A stretch of 64,000 nt of DNA, from positions 447,868 through 511,867 of the forward strand of contig CAZBFM010000001.1 in NCBI GenBank assembly GCA_964491455.1, read 5' to 3'. The notes beneath the pieces are model-generated. The model was not told where the DNA came from and did no database searches. It saw only the letters and a list, made by a program, of their open reading frames with translations. A program made the translations under genes and the position numbers. Position 1 is the first letter of the stretch, and the number at the start of each line of letters is the position of its first letter. Source of the DNA: an uncultured Candidatus Saccharibacteria bacterium (lineage in GTDB: Bacteria > Patescibacteriota > Minisyncoccia > 2-02-FULL-40-12 > GWA2-44-9). Positions 45,566 through 57,249 of the stretch are shown one piece after another.

Positions 45566-48500
45566 CTATTTATTTATACCAATCCACAATGATACTCCCG
45601 GTGCGAGATCAAAATTACGCTCAATCGTTATCGTCGACGTATCAGGTGCATTCTCAAATGCTGACAAGCCGGTATCCTTACGAATCATCTGCTCATGCAC
45701 AAGGAGCGCGCTCGTGACTTCCTGATCCTCACTCCACCAGCGACACGACACTTCATCTGAAACCTGACATCCAATTTCCTTGCGCATATCTTGGATTGCT
45801 CGCATCACTTCGCGAGCAAAGCCCTCAGCACGAAGCTCGCTTCCGATGGACAGGTCGAGCGACAATTCTTTGCCAACCCCGTATACCACCTTCTTTACAT
45901 TGAGCTCGTCCAAGATAAGCTGCTCCAAATCACGATCCAATGGTGCTCCCGGTACTGTTACCGACGATAACGGTTGGCGCACTTTAATGGCGGCATTTTT
46001 TCGGATAGCAAGACCGGCGCTAATACTTGTTCGCACTCGAGTCATTTCTGCGTACAATCGCTCAGCATCAGGTGCCGTGTCTGCACTCGGCCAATCAGCC
46101 AAATGCACAGATTCAGCATCTCTCTTATCGCGCAGCTTTAGCCACAAGTCTTCAGCCATGAACGGCGTAAACGGTGCCAGAAGCAATGAGAGTTGCTTGA
46201 GAATCGCTCGCAACAGCGGCAACGCATCGGTGCGCTTGCGACTGCGTCGTAGCCACCACTGACTAAAATCATCAACAACAAATCGCTCAATATCACGCGA
46301 CGCCTCGGTCAGCTCGTACGCCTCAAGGCGCTGTGTCGTCGCAGCAGTAAGATCAGCCAAACGCGCCAAAATCCATGTATCCAACAAGTTTGCCGCAGGC
46401 ACCTCATTGCTGATTTCGTGCTCCGCACTGTAGAGCTCATAGAAGCGAATGCAATTTTGGAGGGTCATCACAAAACCCGTAAGACGCTCACGTACTTCTT
46501 TGAGAGCAAAATTCTTCGATTCTCCAGGAGCATTAATCGTATAGAAGTACCAGCGAGCAGCATCGACACCAACAGCCTCGATAACGTCATCGGGCTTCAC
46601 CATATTGCCCTTCGACTTGGACATCTTTATTCCTTTTTCATCAAGCACATGTCCATTCGACAACACCGTACGATACGGCGCGCCCCTACCAAGAAGCGTA
46701 CTCACGGCAAGCAACGTATAGAACCAACCGCGCGTTTGATCCACGCCTTCAGCAATGAAATCCGCGGGGAAATTAGCTTCTGAAAGCTCAGCATTTTCGA
46801 ATGGTGCGTGCCATTGAGCGTATGGCATGGCGCCGGAATCAAACCACACATCACACAACTCGGGGATACGATGCAGGAGCGCCGTTGAGCCCTTTGCTTT
46901 TAGCACAATGTCATCCACATAGGGGCGATGCATATCGAGATTCCCCCGCTCATCGCGAGGGATGTTACGAACAACCAGTTCAGACACCTGCGCAAAGCCG
47001 ACAAAATCATCCCCTCGTGCGTTTTTTTCTTCGATAGATTTTTCTTGGCTCCAGCCCTGTGCCACATCGGTCATAAGCCAAATCGGATATTCATGACTAA
47101 CGATCAACACATCCTCATCCGCATACGACTCGTTGAGCTCCTTCAACACGCCCCACATGCGCGCCTTCAAATCACTCAAAGACTCACCCCCGGGCGGACG
47201 CTGATCAAACTTCGACTCATACGTCGGATAAAGCTCGTGGTACTTCGTATCGTGACATCCGACGAGCGATGGCCCGAGATGTATTTCACGTAGACGCTCA
47301 TCGGAGACAACCTTTTTGACTCCCAGAATATCCGCAGCGATAGTTGCCGTTTCATGCGTGCGCTGAATGGGAGACGTAATGATGGTGTTTATCGTACGCT
47401 TCGAAGCCTTTAAATGCTCTTTTAGTTTCTCCGCGGCATCGACTACTTGTTGTCGTCCTGCGTCAGTGAGCGGTGACTCACCCTGACCCTGATCGATCAC
47501 GTGTGCAAGATTTTTCGTGGACTCACCATGTCGCATCACCCATAATCGCGCAGGCTTATCCGCTCGATAGGTGTCTAAATCTTCGAGTGAGCGAACGACC
47601 AGCGTTTTTTCTCCATCTTTGGATCGCCAAATGGGCAACGGGGTGCCCCAGTAGCGCTCGCGTGAGAATGCCCAATCCTTGCCCTCGCGAATCCACTGAC
47701 CAAATCGTCCGTCTTTGAGATGCGAGGGAACCCAATTGACCGTGTTGTTATTGGCGAGCATCTGGGCATTGAGCGCGCTTACACGGATAAACCAACTGTC
47801 TTTTGCGTAGTACAACAGCGCCGTGTCGCAACGCCAGCAGAATGGATATTCGTGCTCATAGGGCAGCACACGCAAGATGAGTCCACGCTCCGTCAGTGAA
47901 TCGATAATCATCGCTTCCGTCGTCGATGATTTCACGTACTTGCCATCGAGCTCATCGGAGACACCGACGAATTTCCCCTGCTCATCAACGGTATGATGCT
48001 TCACCAAATCAAGCTTCGTGCCCAGCTGGTAATCGTCCTCGCCATACATGACTGCAGTGTGCACCACTCCCGTGCCATCAGACGTGGAAACAAAGTCCGC
48101 CACGTACACCTGATACGACGAAGGCACCTTGAGTTTCCGTACGGAAAAGAGTGGTTCGTATGTTGTACCGACGAGTTGCTCGCCCGAAAATTCGCGTTCA
48201 ACGACTGCGGACTCTCCGAGTACGGTCCTTACCAAGTCGGTGGCAAGAATTACATACTCCTCCACTTCGCCGTGGCGCACAAGCGCATAGGTGATATCAG
48301 CTCCTACGGCAAGCGCAACGTTGCCAGGAAGCGTCCATGGCGTTGTAGTCCACGCAAGAATCGAAGTATGTTCAGGAAGCTCAAGGTTCGATGAAGCTAC
48401 GCGAAACTTCAAATACACCGAATTGTCGGTGACGGTCTTATATCCCTGCGCAACCTCGTGACTCGATAATGGCGTACCGCATCGCGTGCAAAACGGAACC

Positions 48501-49012
48501 ACTCGATGCGCCTGATAGAGCAGATCCTTATCGGCGATTTGTGCGATCACATTCCAGAGAGACTCAATGTATGAACTCTCATACGTCACATATGGATGCT
48601 TCAAATCCACCCAGTAGCCAATCCGCTTGGTAAACTGCTCCCACTGTTCGCGATACTTCCATACCGATTCTTTGCATTTGCGATTGTATTCCGCAACTCC
48701 ATACACCTCAATGTCTTTCTTACTCTTGAATCCAAGTTCTTTTTCCACCGCGAGCTCAACGGGCAATCCATGTGTATCCCATCCCCCCTTGCGGAGTACG
48801 TAGCGTCCGCGCATGGTTTGAAAACGACAAAACAAATCCTTGAATGCTCGTGACACGAAATGGTGGATGCCGGGGCTTCCATTGGCCGTTGGCGGACCCT
48901 CAAAAAACACGAACGGCTTTCCGCCGACACGGTGCGTCATACTCTTCTCAAAAATATTCTGGTCTTCCCAGAATTTGAGCACACTCTCTTCTCGCTGTTG
49001 GACATCAGTCAT
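45566..49012 (-). CDS. ileS: isoleucyl-tRNA synthetase with an inserted histidine-phosphatase (PGAM-like) domain
   Basis: HIGH-region PPTANGSPGIHH, CP1 editing domain (TSDGTGVVHTAVMYGEDD), WAFSRERYWGTPLPIW, DVWFDSG, KMSKS, and the anticodon-binding C-terminus. An extra ~190-aa domain with RHGES, SPIQRT, DERLREIHLG and IVSHE motifs sits between PLPIW and HRPYVDD. Start moved to MTDVQQ at 49012. Confidence 0.95.
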   Translation of the reverse strand: MTDVQQREESVLKFWEDQNIFEKSMTHRVGGKPFVFFEGPPTANGSPGIHHFVSRAFKDLFCRFQTMRGRYVLRKGGWDTHGLPVELAVEKELGFKSKKDIEVYGVAEYNRKCKESVWKYREQWEQFTKRIGYWVDLKHPYVTYESSYIESLWNVIAQIADKDLLYQAHRVVPFCTRCGTPLSSHEVAQGYKTVTDNSVYLKFRVASSNLELPEHTSILAWTTTPWTLPGNVALAVGADITYALVRHGEVEEYVILATDLVRTVLGESAVVEREFSGEQLVGTTYEPLFSVRKLKVPSSYQVYVADFVSTSDGTGVVHTAVMYGEDDYQLGTKLDLVKHHTVDEQGKFVGVSDELDGKYVKSSTTEAMIIDSLTERGLILRVLPYEHEYPFCWRCDTALLYYAKDSWFIRVSALNAQMLANNNTVNWVPSHLKDGRFGQWIREGKDWAFSRERYWGTPLPIWRSKDGEKTLVVRSLEDLDTYRADKPARLWVMRHGESTKNLAHVIDQGQGESPLTDAGRQQVVDAAEKLKEHLKASKRTINTIITSPIQRTHETATIAADILGVKKVVSDERLREIHLGPSLVGCHDTKYHELYPTYESKFDQRPPGGESLSDLKARMWGVLKELNESYADEDVLIVSHEYPIWLMTDVAQGWSQEKSIEEKNARGDDFVGFAQVSELVVRNIPRDERGNLDMHRPYVDDIVLKAKGSTALLHRIPELCDVWFDSGAMPYAQWHAPFENAELSEANFPADFIAEGVDQTRGWFYTLLAVSTLLGRGAPYRTVLSNGHVLDEKGIKMSKSKGNMVKPDDVIEAVGVDAARWYFYTINAPGESKNFALKEVRERLTGFVMTLQNCIRFYELYSAEHEISNEVPAANLLDTWILARLADLTAATTQRLEAYELTEASRDIERFVVDDFSQWWLRRSRKRTDALPLLRAILKQLSLLLAPFTPFMAEDLWLKLRDKRDAESVHLADWPSADTAPDAERLYAEMTRVRTSISAGLAIRKNAAIKVRQPLSSVTVPGAPLDRDLEQLILDELNVKKVVYGVGKELSLDLSIGSELRAEGFAREVMRAIQDMRKEIGCQVSDEVSCRWWSEDQEVTSALLVHEQMIRKDTGLSAFENAPDTSTITIERNFDLAPGVSLWIGINK

Positions 49013-49090
49013 TGTGCGCTCATAGTACGAAAAAACTGCATATTTTGCAAAAAGAAAAGCGCAGGATTTCTCCTGCGCCCACATTGGACA

Positions 49091-49936
49091 CTACCCCCTT
49101 GTTGGTCCTCGCCCCCGCATTGATCGATCAGCTGCGTCCGACTCCTCGCGCATGCGCGCATTTCGCTGCGCGAGATAGTCAGCTGTTTCGGCTTCGGATA
49201 AGACGAACTGACCACGGCGACCGAAAATGGCTTTCGTGACTCCATCAGCAAACCACTGCAGGGATCGCTTCACCGCCGAAAAAGCTTCGCGAATGAAATC
49301 ACTCAACATCCAGGCTGCAAAACTAATGGGCCACCACCAAAACCAGCGGAGCACCGTGTATTTGTTGGAACTGAACGTGGGAACTACTCCACCCTTGCGT
49401 ACATCGTGATCGTGATAGACGCTACGCTTAACGATATTGGGATTGTAATTCAGCTTGCTTACGTATTCCTGAAACGCGTAGCGAATCTCGGCTTCGGCTG
49501 AATCGAGCTCGCCGACGAATGAATGCTTCTGCCGGAATTCTGCAAGGTGATCATCTAACTCACGCGCCTTCCGACTCACGTGCAAGATCCATCGCCCCAG
49601 CGCATAACAGAAGCCAAGAGCGAGATACCAGAATGCCTGACGGCTCACGTATCCAGCGTTCGCGAGCGTCCATCCGGCCACATCGACTTTAGCGATGAAC
49701 TGTGCAAAAACACAGAACGCGATAAAGGGAATGAGCGCGGTGGCTCCATCTTCATACCCATCTACAAGTATCCAGGTAGCGATCAGCGCAATTGCGAATA
49801 CCACCCAAAACGGAAGCGACCCCGCTGCAAAGAACGTTGCGAGCATGACAAGCATCGCCGCGCCTTTTAACCAGAGAAGATACCCAGTACCGCCTATACA
49901 GGCGATGACGAAGCACACCGCGAAGAATTCTAACAT
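49091..49936 (-). CDS. hypothetical integral membrane protein (281 aa)
   Basis: About 5 N-terminal TM helices and a WFWWWP segment. No family recognised. Confidence 0.5.
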   Translation of the reverse strand: MLEFFAVCFVIACIGGTGYLLWLKGAAMLVMLATFFAAGSLPFWVVFAIALIATWILVDGYEDGATALIPFIAFCVFAQFIAKVDVAGWTLANAGYVSRQAFWYLALGFCYALGRWILHVSRKARELDDHLAEFRQKHSFVGELDSAEAEIRYAFQEYVSKLNYNPNIVKRSVYHDHDVRKGGVVPTFSSNKYTVLRWFWWWPISFAAWMLSDFIREAFSAVKRSLQWFADGVTKAIFGRRGQFVLSEAETADYLAQRNARMREESDAADRSMRGRGPTRG

Positions 49937-50016
49937 TGTACAACTCCTTCATTGTTGAAGAGCTAAAAGGGTAAAACGTCGAATTTGATAATACAACAGC
50001 AATGAGAAATCGTCAA

Positions 50017-51831
50017 CTATTGTGACGCCGGTGGAGCAACCGTCGAGATCACACCTCCTGTGCCCACGAGAAACTTTGCAGGCCAGCGACGATACCAGCT
50101 ATTGAAGACTTGCGACTTCGTGGTACCGTCCTTATAGGTAATGGTATAGGTCGCGATCGCGGAACCTCCCGGATGCGGGAACTCCACCTGCTTTTTCACG
50201 CCAACAGCCAAGGTGGGATCGTCGATATATTCGGGCTCTCCGGCAGATGTTTCAGTGAGTGTATACGGACCATCTACATGTCCCGCTCGCCCGTCTTTTG
50301 TGCCATAGAGCTCAAATGTTACTTTATCCCCCGCAACGTAACCGATGATCAGCACCGGTGTTGTAGTATCGTTAAGAAATTTAAAATCAAGATTCGGCTC
50401 GTAGATGGTCGCATCAAGTCCCGGTCCGATCACTTTGCCAGTACCATCTTTTTCATAATACGAAACGCGATAGCTATGATTGCGCCGCGACGTCACGGGG
50501 AGTCCTGCGTCCATCACCGAACGGAAGAGTGTCGTCGAAACCTGACAGAGACCACCGCCAAATTCTGCAACCGTTCTGTCCCCCTTAATGACAAGCTCTG
50601 GAAGATATCCAGACGTGTTATCGATCGAGCCCAATGTGCCAAGCGTTGAAAACTCTGCTCCCGCCGGAACGATGGTGCCTGTCAAAAATTTTACGCCATT
50701 CTTGATATTTGAAATTCTGTTACGTGGACTTCCTGTAAACGGCGTCGTTGCTTTTCCGATAAGTTCTGCGATGCCCGAACCGGCGTCGAGACCCGTCAGT
50801 GCCACATTCGTGCTCTTCAGCGGTATGCTCACCAAATCAGACATCGGCTTTGCAGTCGCACGCGAACGAATCACTTTTTCCAAAAGCTCAATCAGTACCC
50901 CTTCATGAACCGCGCGGCCAACTTTCGGCGGCGTAAAACCGGTTACACGACCATCACTCGTCGTAATTTGAGCAGGCACAGGTGGAATATTGAGTGACGT
51001 TGCAATCGTGGTCACGTATGCGCTAATACCCTTGACATCAAGGCTCGCTTCCAGCTGGTCATCGCTGTAGGAAGATGTAATCCAAGAAGCCAAGAGCTCT
51101 CGCGAGATAACATACTGCAAATCTTCGTACGAAAGATAGATGGGCCGTGCAATCATCTGCTGAGCGTCGCCCACTGCCTGCAGTGCACGCGCTCGATCTG
51201 CACGTGGCGCATCGTCATGACGAGCAAGCGCGATAGGGTCACTGATAAGCCAGCGCATTGCTTCAACAACTTTCAATCGAGCCTTCTCTTGATCGAGGAT
51301 GCGCCCAACGGATGTATCCGTCTTGAGCGATATTGTCGTACCAACGACTTCCAACCGAATATCATGACGATCGATATCAACGAGATCGGCAACGTCACTA
51401 ATCTGTGCCTCAAGTAATTGCTCATCAAAGATAACGGGCATCGCAAGTGCGTGAGCGCTCCACAGCGATCCAAGTCGCTGACGAAACTGCATAAACCAGC
51501 GACCCTCATGTCCAATCGCATACGCCTGATCGATGACCGATGCTAGCTGTATATCAAAACCAATGCTCTCAAGCCGGATTGGCTCCGTGGTCTCCTCCAC
51601 CGAAAGCGTGAGACCGCGCGCTTCAAACTTGGCAACAGCATCTTCAATTTTGCGTGCGGCATCATCACGGGACATCCCCCCTATAGAGACACCGCCAACA
51701 CTCACATTTGGTACGATGCGATCATGCACAAAAATCGCTAGCGCTCCTGCGGCGAAAAATAGAATACCCGCCACTACCACCGACGCAATAAGCACCACTC
51801 GCTTGGACGGTTTTTGAAAAGAAAAATGCAT
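50017..51831 (-). CDS. VanW-family protein with N-terminal membrane anchor
   Basis: VanW core FGGGLCQVSTTLFRSVMDAGLPV...RRNHSY and a C-terminal G5-like segment. Confidence 0.75.
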   Translation of the reverse strand: MHFSFQKPSKRVVLIASVVVAGILFFAAGALAIFVHDRIVPNVSVGGVSIGGMSRDDAARKIEDAVAKFEARGLTLSVEETTEPIRLESIGFDIQLASVIDQAYAIGHEGRWFMQFRQRLGSLWSAHALAMPVIFDEQLLEAQISDVADLVDIDRHDIRLEVVGTTISLKTDTSVGRILDQEKARLKVVEAMRWLISDPIALARHDDAPRADRARALQAVGDAQQMIARPIYLSYEDLQYVISRELLASWITSSYSDDQLEASLDVKGISAYVTTIATSLNIPPVPAQITTSDGRVTGFTPPKVGRAVHEGVLIELLEKVIRSRATAKPMSDLVSIPLKSTNVALTGLDAGSGIAELIGKATTPFTGSPRNRISNIKNGVKFLTGTIVPAGAEFSTLGTLGSIDNTSGYLPELVIKGDRTVAEFGGGLCQVSTTLFRSVMDAGLPVTSRRNHSYRVSYYEKDGTGKVIGPGLDATIYEPNLDFKFLNDTTTPVLIIGYVAGDKVTFELYGTKDGRAGHVDGPYTLTETSAGEPEYIDDPTLAVGVKKQVEFPHPGGSAIATYTITYKDGTTKSQVFNSWYRRWPAKFLVGTGGVISTVAPPASQ

Positions 51832-51836
51832 AGCGA

Positions 51837-52442
51837 TTAGAGAAGCTGTAATTCTGACAATGCCGCTTCGTAGTAGGCGATCGCCTGGCGAGCCTCGGTG
51901 TATCGTAAGAAATAATCCATCTCATGTGCTAGTCGATTACGGATCTTGTGCGCCCACCACACACCATCAAGAGCCAGTAATGTTCCTGGCTGGATATTGC
52001 TCAATCGATCACCAAATGTTGCGCCAGCAAAGCCCGCTCGAGCCAATGCATCATCAACGAGTTTGTCTGCTTCCATAACTGCAACCTTCCATTGTGCCTC
52101 CTGCGGAGCATCAAGATGCGCCAACAGCGCGTCCCATCGTTTCCGAAGCAACCCATTTTCAACGACCGCCACGGGCTGAGCTGCCGGAGTCGTCACCTGA
52201 GGAGTGCCAGCACTCTTGAGTGCCTTTCTCTGGATTTTGATGAATGCGATAAATCCCGCCAGCAGAATACAGACCATAATTGCAATCTGATTCAATACAA
52301 CCTGGACATCCCCCGTAACAATACGAGTGTCGATAAATTCGAAGACACGCGCTGGTGCATGAAAGCTCACGTCAATATTCGTTGCTCGATACACGGAACG
52401 AACCGATGCAACAACGATGTCAGGAATTGTCTCGTATATCAT
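51837..52442 (-). CDS. hypothetical membrane-anchored protein (201 aa) with a HEPN-like Rx4H motif
   Basis: TM helix IAIMVCILLAGFIAFIKI. C-terminal WWAHKIRNRLAHEMDY contains R-x4-H. Its start overlaps the gatA stop (ATGA). Confidence 0.45.
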   Translation of the reverse strand: MIYETIPDIVVASVRSVYRATNIDVSFHAPARVFEFIDTRIVTGDVQVVLNQIAIMVCILLAGFIAFIKIQRKALKSAGTPQVTTPAAQPVAVVENGLLRKRWDALLAHLDAPQEAQWKVAVMEADKLVDDALARAGFAGATFGDRLSNIQPGTLLALDGVWWAHKIRNRLAHEMDYFLRYTEARQAIAYYEAALSELQLL

Positions 52443-53854
52443 TCGTGAGAAGTACTAGACTGCTCGACATGCCAAGCAACAGTAAGAATAGTTGCCTCCT
52501 GAAATGCGTTTCCAATGAGCTGTAACCCGACCGGCATTTTTGATTGAACACCAAGTCCACACGGAACCGACAAGGCAGGAACACCCGCCAAATTCACGGG
52601 CACCGTATAGATATCAGAAAGATACATCGAAAGCGGATCGGAAGACTTCTCTCCGAGCTTGAAGGCAACCGAGGGTGATGTTGGACCCGCGATGACATCA
52701 ACCTTTTCAAACGCACGATCAAAATCCTGCTTAATCAGTGCGCGAACTTTTTGCGCCTTCATATAATATGCATCAAAATAACCAGCCGATAGCGCATACG
52801 TGCCAAGCATAATGCGTCGCGTCGGCTCAGCTCCCAAACCCTCGGTGCGACTCTTGGTATACACCTCGAGTAAGGATGTGGCATTTGGTGATTGGTAACC
52901 ATATCGAATACCGTCATATCGTGAAAGATTTGCAGCACATTCGGATGGCTGAACGATGTAGTACACGGCAAGCGCATACTTACTGTGAGGCAATGAAATC
53001 GGGACAATCACCGCACCACGCTTTTTGAGATTTTCAATGGCATCCTCAACACATTGACGAACTTCTGGCTCCAGTCCCTCACCAAAATACTCCTCGGGTA
53101 TACCGATGCGAAGTCCAGTAATATCCCGCTCGAGCGATTCGCTATAATCAGGCACATCCCGAGGCACCGTCGTGAGATCGAGTGGGTCGTGCCCAGCAAT
53201 CTCCGCCAGCACAAGCGCTCCATCGCGAACCGTCTTGGTAAATGTGCCGATCTGATCCAACGATGAGGCAAGCGACATCAGACCATGTCGCGATACACGG
53301 CCATAGGTTGGCTTGATCCCTACCACGCCACACAACGCAGCAGGCTGACGAATTGATCCGCCCGTATCAGAGCCGAGAGAAAACACGCAAAGATCCCCTG
53401 CGACAGCCGCTGCAGATCCAGCTGAACTGCCTCCCGGAACGCGCGTAGTATCCCATGGATTACGAACGATCCCGAAGGCACTATTTTCACCTGATGAACC
53501 CATGGCGAACTCGTCCATATTCGTCTTGCCTAATAGTTGCGCACCAGCATCATTGAGTTTCTTAAATACGGTGCCATCGTAGGCGCTCACGTAGTTTTCA
53601 AGTATTCGAGATCCGCCAGTCGCAATTGTGCCAGCAACCAGCATATTGTCCTTGAGCGCATACGGAATACCGGTAAGCACAGAGGTGTCGCGTGCTGGCG
53701 ATGAGTACACAAACGCTCCGGGGCGATACGCGTTGAGCTCGTTGTTATTTTCAGCGATTCGTCGTTGGTAGTGCTCGAAAAGTCGCTCAGGCGTGAGCTC
53801 CCCTTTCGCAAAAGCTTCTCGCGCGCTCGCAATGGTAAATCCAAGATCCTTCAT
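52439..53854 (-). CDS. gatA: Glu-tRNA(Gln) amidotransferase subunit A
   Basis: Amidase signature [33 protein letters not shown]. Confidence 0.9.
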   Translation of the reverse strand: [471 protein letters not shown]

Positions 53855-54162
53855 TTTGTCTTAATTGATTTTACCTTGATCATTCGATCTTGATGTTCAG
53901 GCGCTTGGTCAATCAAACGATCGAGCATCGTAGCATCCACCGTAAAGTCACCGCGATACTCATCGGGCCTTGTTTGATTCTGAAGTCCCGTCACCTGATA
54001 GAGCGGCTCTACTCCCGACGTATCAATGCCATCAAGAAGCGCAATGTACTCAAGCACACTCGCAAGATCGCGCTTCATGTGTTCGTGCGATTCTGGAGTT
54101 AGCTCGATGCGTGCGAGTTTGGCGATGTGTTGTACCTCTTCGTCAGTGAGCATATGTGTCAT
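53851..54162 (-). CDS. gatC: Glu-tRNA(Gln) amidotransferase subunit C
   Basis: MLTDEEVQHIAKLARIELTPE is the GatC N-terminus. Track ORF trimmed. 4-bp overlap with gatA. Confidence 0.75.
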   Translation of the reverse strand: MTHMLTDEEVQHIAKLARIELTPESHEHMKRDLASVLEYIALLDGIDTSGVEPLYQVTGLQNQTRPDEYRGDFTVDATMLDRLIDQAPEHQDRMIKVKSIKTK

Positions 54163-54199
54163 CCTAGCATGGAAATGAGCCGATATAAAGTATGTTCGC

Positions 54200-54227
54200 A
54201 AAATAAAACCCCGAACGACGTCGGGGG
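54200..54227 (-). terminator. rho-independent terminator CCCCCGA-cgtcgt-TCGGGG + T4AT4 (minus strand)
   Basis: Lies between the NUDIX gene 3' UTR and gatC. Confidence 0.5.
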
Positions 54228-54228
54228 T

Positions 54229-54311
54229 ATGGAGACGGTGAGTGGGAGTTGCAGCCCACCGATTACAGGGTTTTCGGGCCCTGCGCGTTGTTCTTCGCCA
54301 CACCGTCTACC
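54229..54311 (-). ncRNA. candidate structured RNA element (~83 nt, multi-helix) in the NUDIX 3' UTR
   Basis: An outer helix AGACGGTG/CACCGTCT encloses three hairpins: GTGGG..CCCAC, CAGGG..CCCTG and GCG..CGC. Strand assignment is tentative and no family is recognised. Confidence 0.25.
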
Positions 54312-54327
54312 GTAGTATACGACGACA

Positions 54328-54807
54328 CTAGGAAAACTCCAGCCGTGTTCGATACCAGACAGAGAGGACCTCCGAAAAGAGCGTCCCATGATCAGGATGA
54401 AGCACTCGCAACGCCTCATCGAACGGGACCCATCGTGCCTCTTCTATCTCCAGTACATCGACCGGCTTCGGAGTGCCCGAGCACCTGGTAACGAGATAGA
54501 CGACATTAACATCTCGGTATCGCTCAACGCACCGCATCGAGATAAAACGCAAGTCGGATTCAGCCGCAACGAGGCCCGTTTCTTCATGGAGCTCACGACA
54601 TGCTTGGACCTCCAATGAAACGCCGTACTCCTTGCCTCCCCCGGGGAGCTGCCAACCCGTGGCGGCACCCAGTCGCTTCTTGATGAGTAGCACTCGATTG
54701 TGATCATCAATGCAAACCGGGAACACGCCAACAAGGTACTTCGGACGAACGAGCCAGACAAAGAAATGCAATATCGGCTCAAGCCATCGTGGCACCTGCA
54801 TGCACAC
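54328..54807 (-). CDS. NUDIX hydrolase
   Basis: Nudix box GGGKEYGVSLEVQACRELHEETGL. Confidence 0.8.
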   Translation of the reverse strand: MCMQVPRWLEPILHFFVWLVRPKYLVGVFPVCIDDHNRVLLIKKRLGAATGWQLPGGGKEYGVSLEVQACRELHEETGLVAAESDLRFISMRCVERYRDVNVVYLVTRCSGTPKPVDVLEIEEARWVPFDEALRVLHPDHGTLFSEVLSVWYRTRLEFS

Positions 54808-54836
54808 CTCCTATCGCAGAAGTATTTATTATACCA

Positions 54837-56867
<2,031 letters not shown>

Positions 56868-56881
56868 CTACTGTAGCGCGA

Positions 56882-57247
56882 CTACTGCGCGATTTCCAGA
56901 GCACGACTCACTCCATTGTACGTCCCTACAGCGCGGAACGTGAACGTACCCGACGACAGCGACGTGCATGAAGCGGTTACCGGCGTCACACCACTGGTAA
57001 TAACGATCGATGCCCCGCTCGGCAACGAGAGTGTCTGCTGCGCACCCTTTCGAGCCTCGTAGAGACAGCGCTCCGATGCGCTATCGGCAGCGTACATCGC
57101 AATCATCGAATCCTGTGCGCCTCGTGAGCGCTCGAGACGACCGATGAATATTCCCGTCATCGATATTCCAATAGCCAACATCGCAGACATAGTCAGTAAC
57201 GTATAAATGAGAATTGAGCCTCGCTGATTCGTGTCTATGATGTTCAT
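56882..57247 (-). CDS. PilX-like type IV pilus minor pilin/assembly protein
   Basis: PilX_N pattern QRGSILIYTLLTMSAMLAIGISM. Confidence 0.55.
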   Translation of the reverse strand: MNIIDTNQRGSILIYTLLTMSAMLAIGISMTGIFIGRLERSRGAQDSMIAMYAADSASERCLYEARKGAQQTLSLPSGASIVITSGVTPVTASCTSLSSGTFTFRAVGTYNGVSRALEIAQ

Positions 57248-57249
57248 GA

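Noticed and set aside
54229-54311. Possible tRNA or tRNA-like gene
   Set aside because: Cloverleaf-like, but it has no T-loop (TTCRA) consensus. The third arm has only a 3-bp stem. Acceptor pairing needs a bulge. No anticodon-loop geometry. Kept only as an unclassified structured element.
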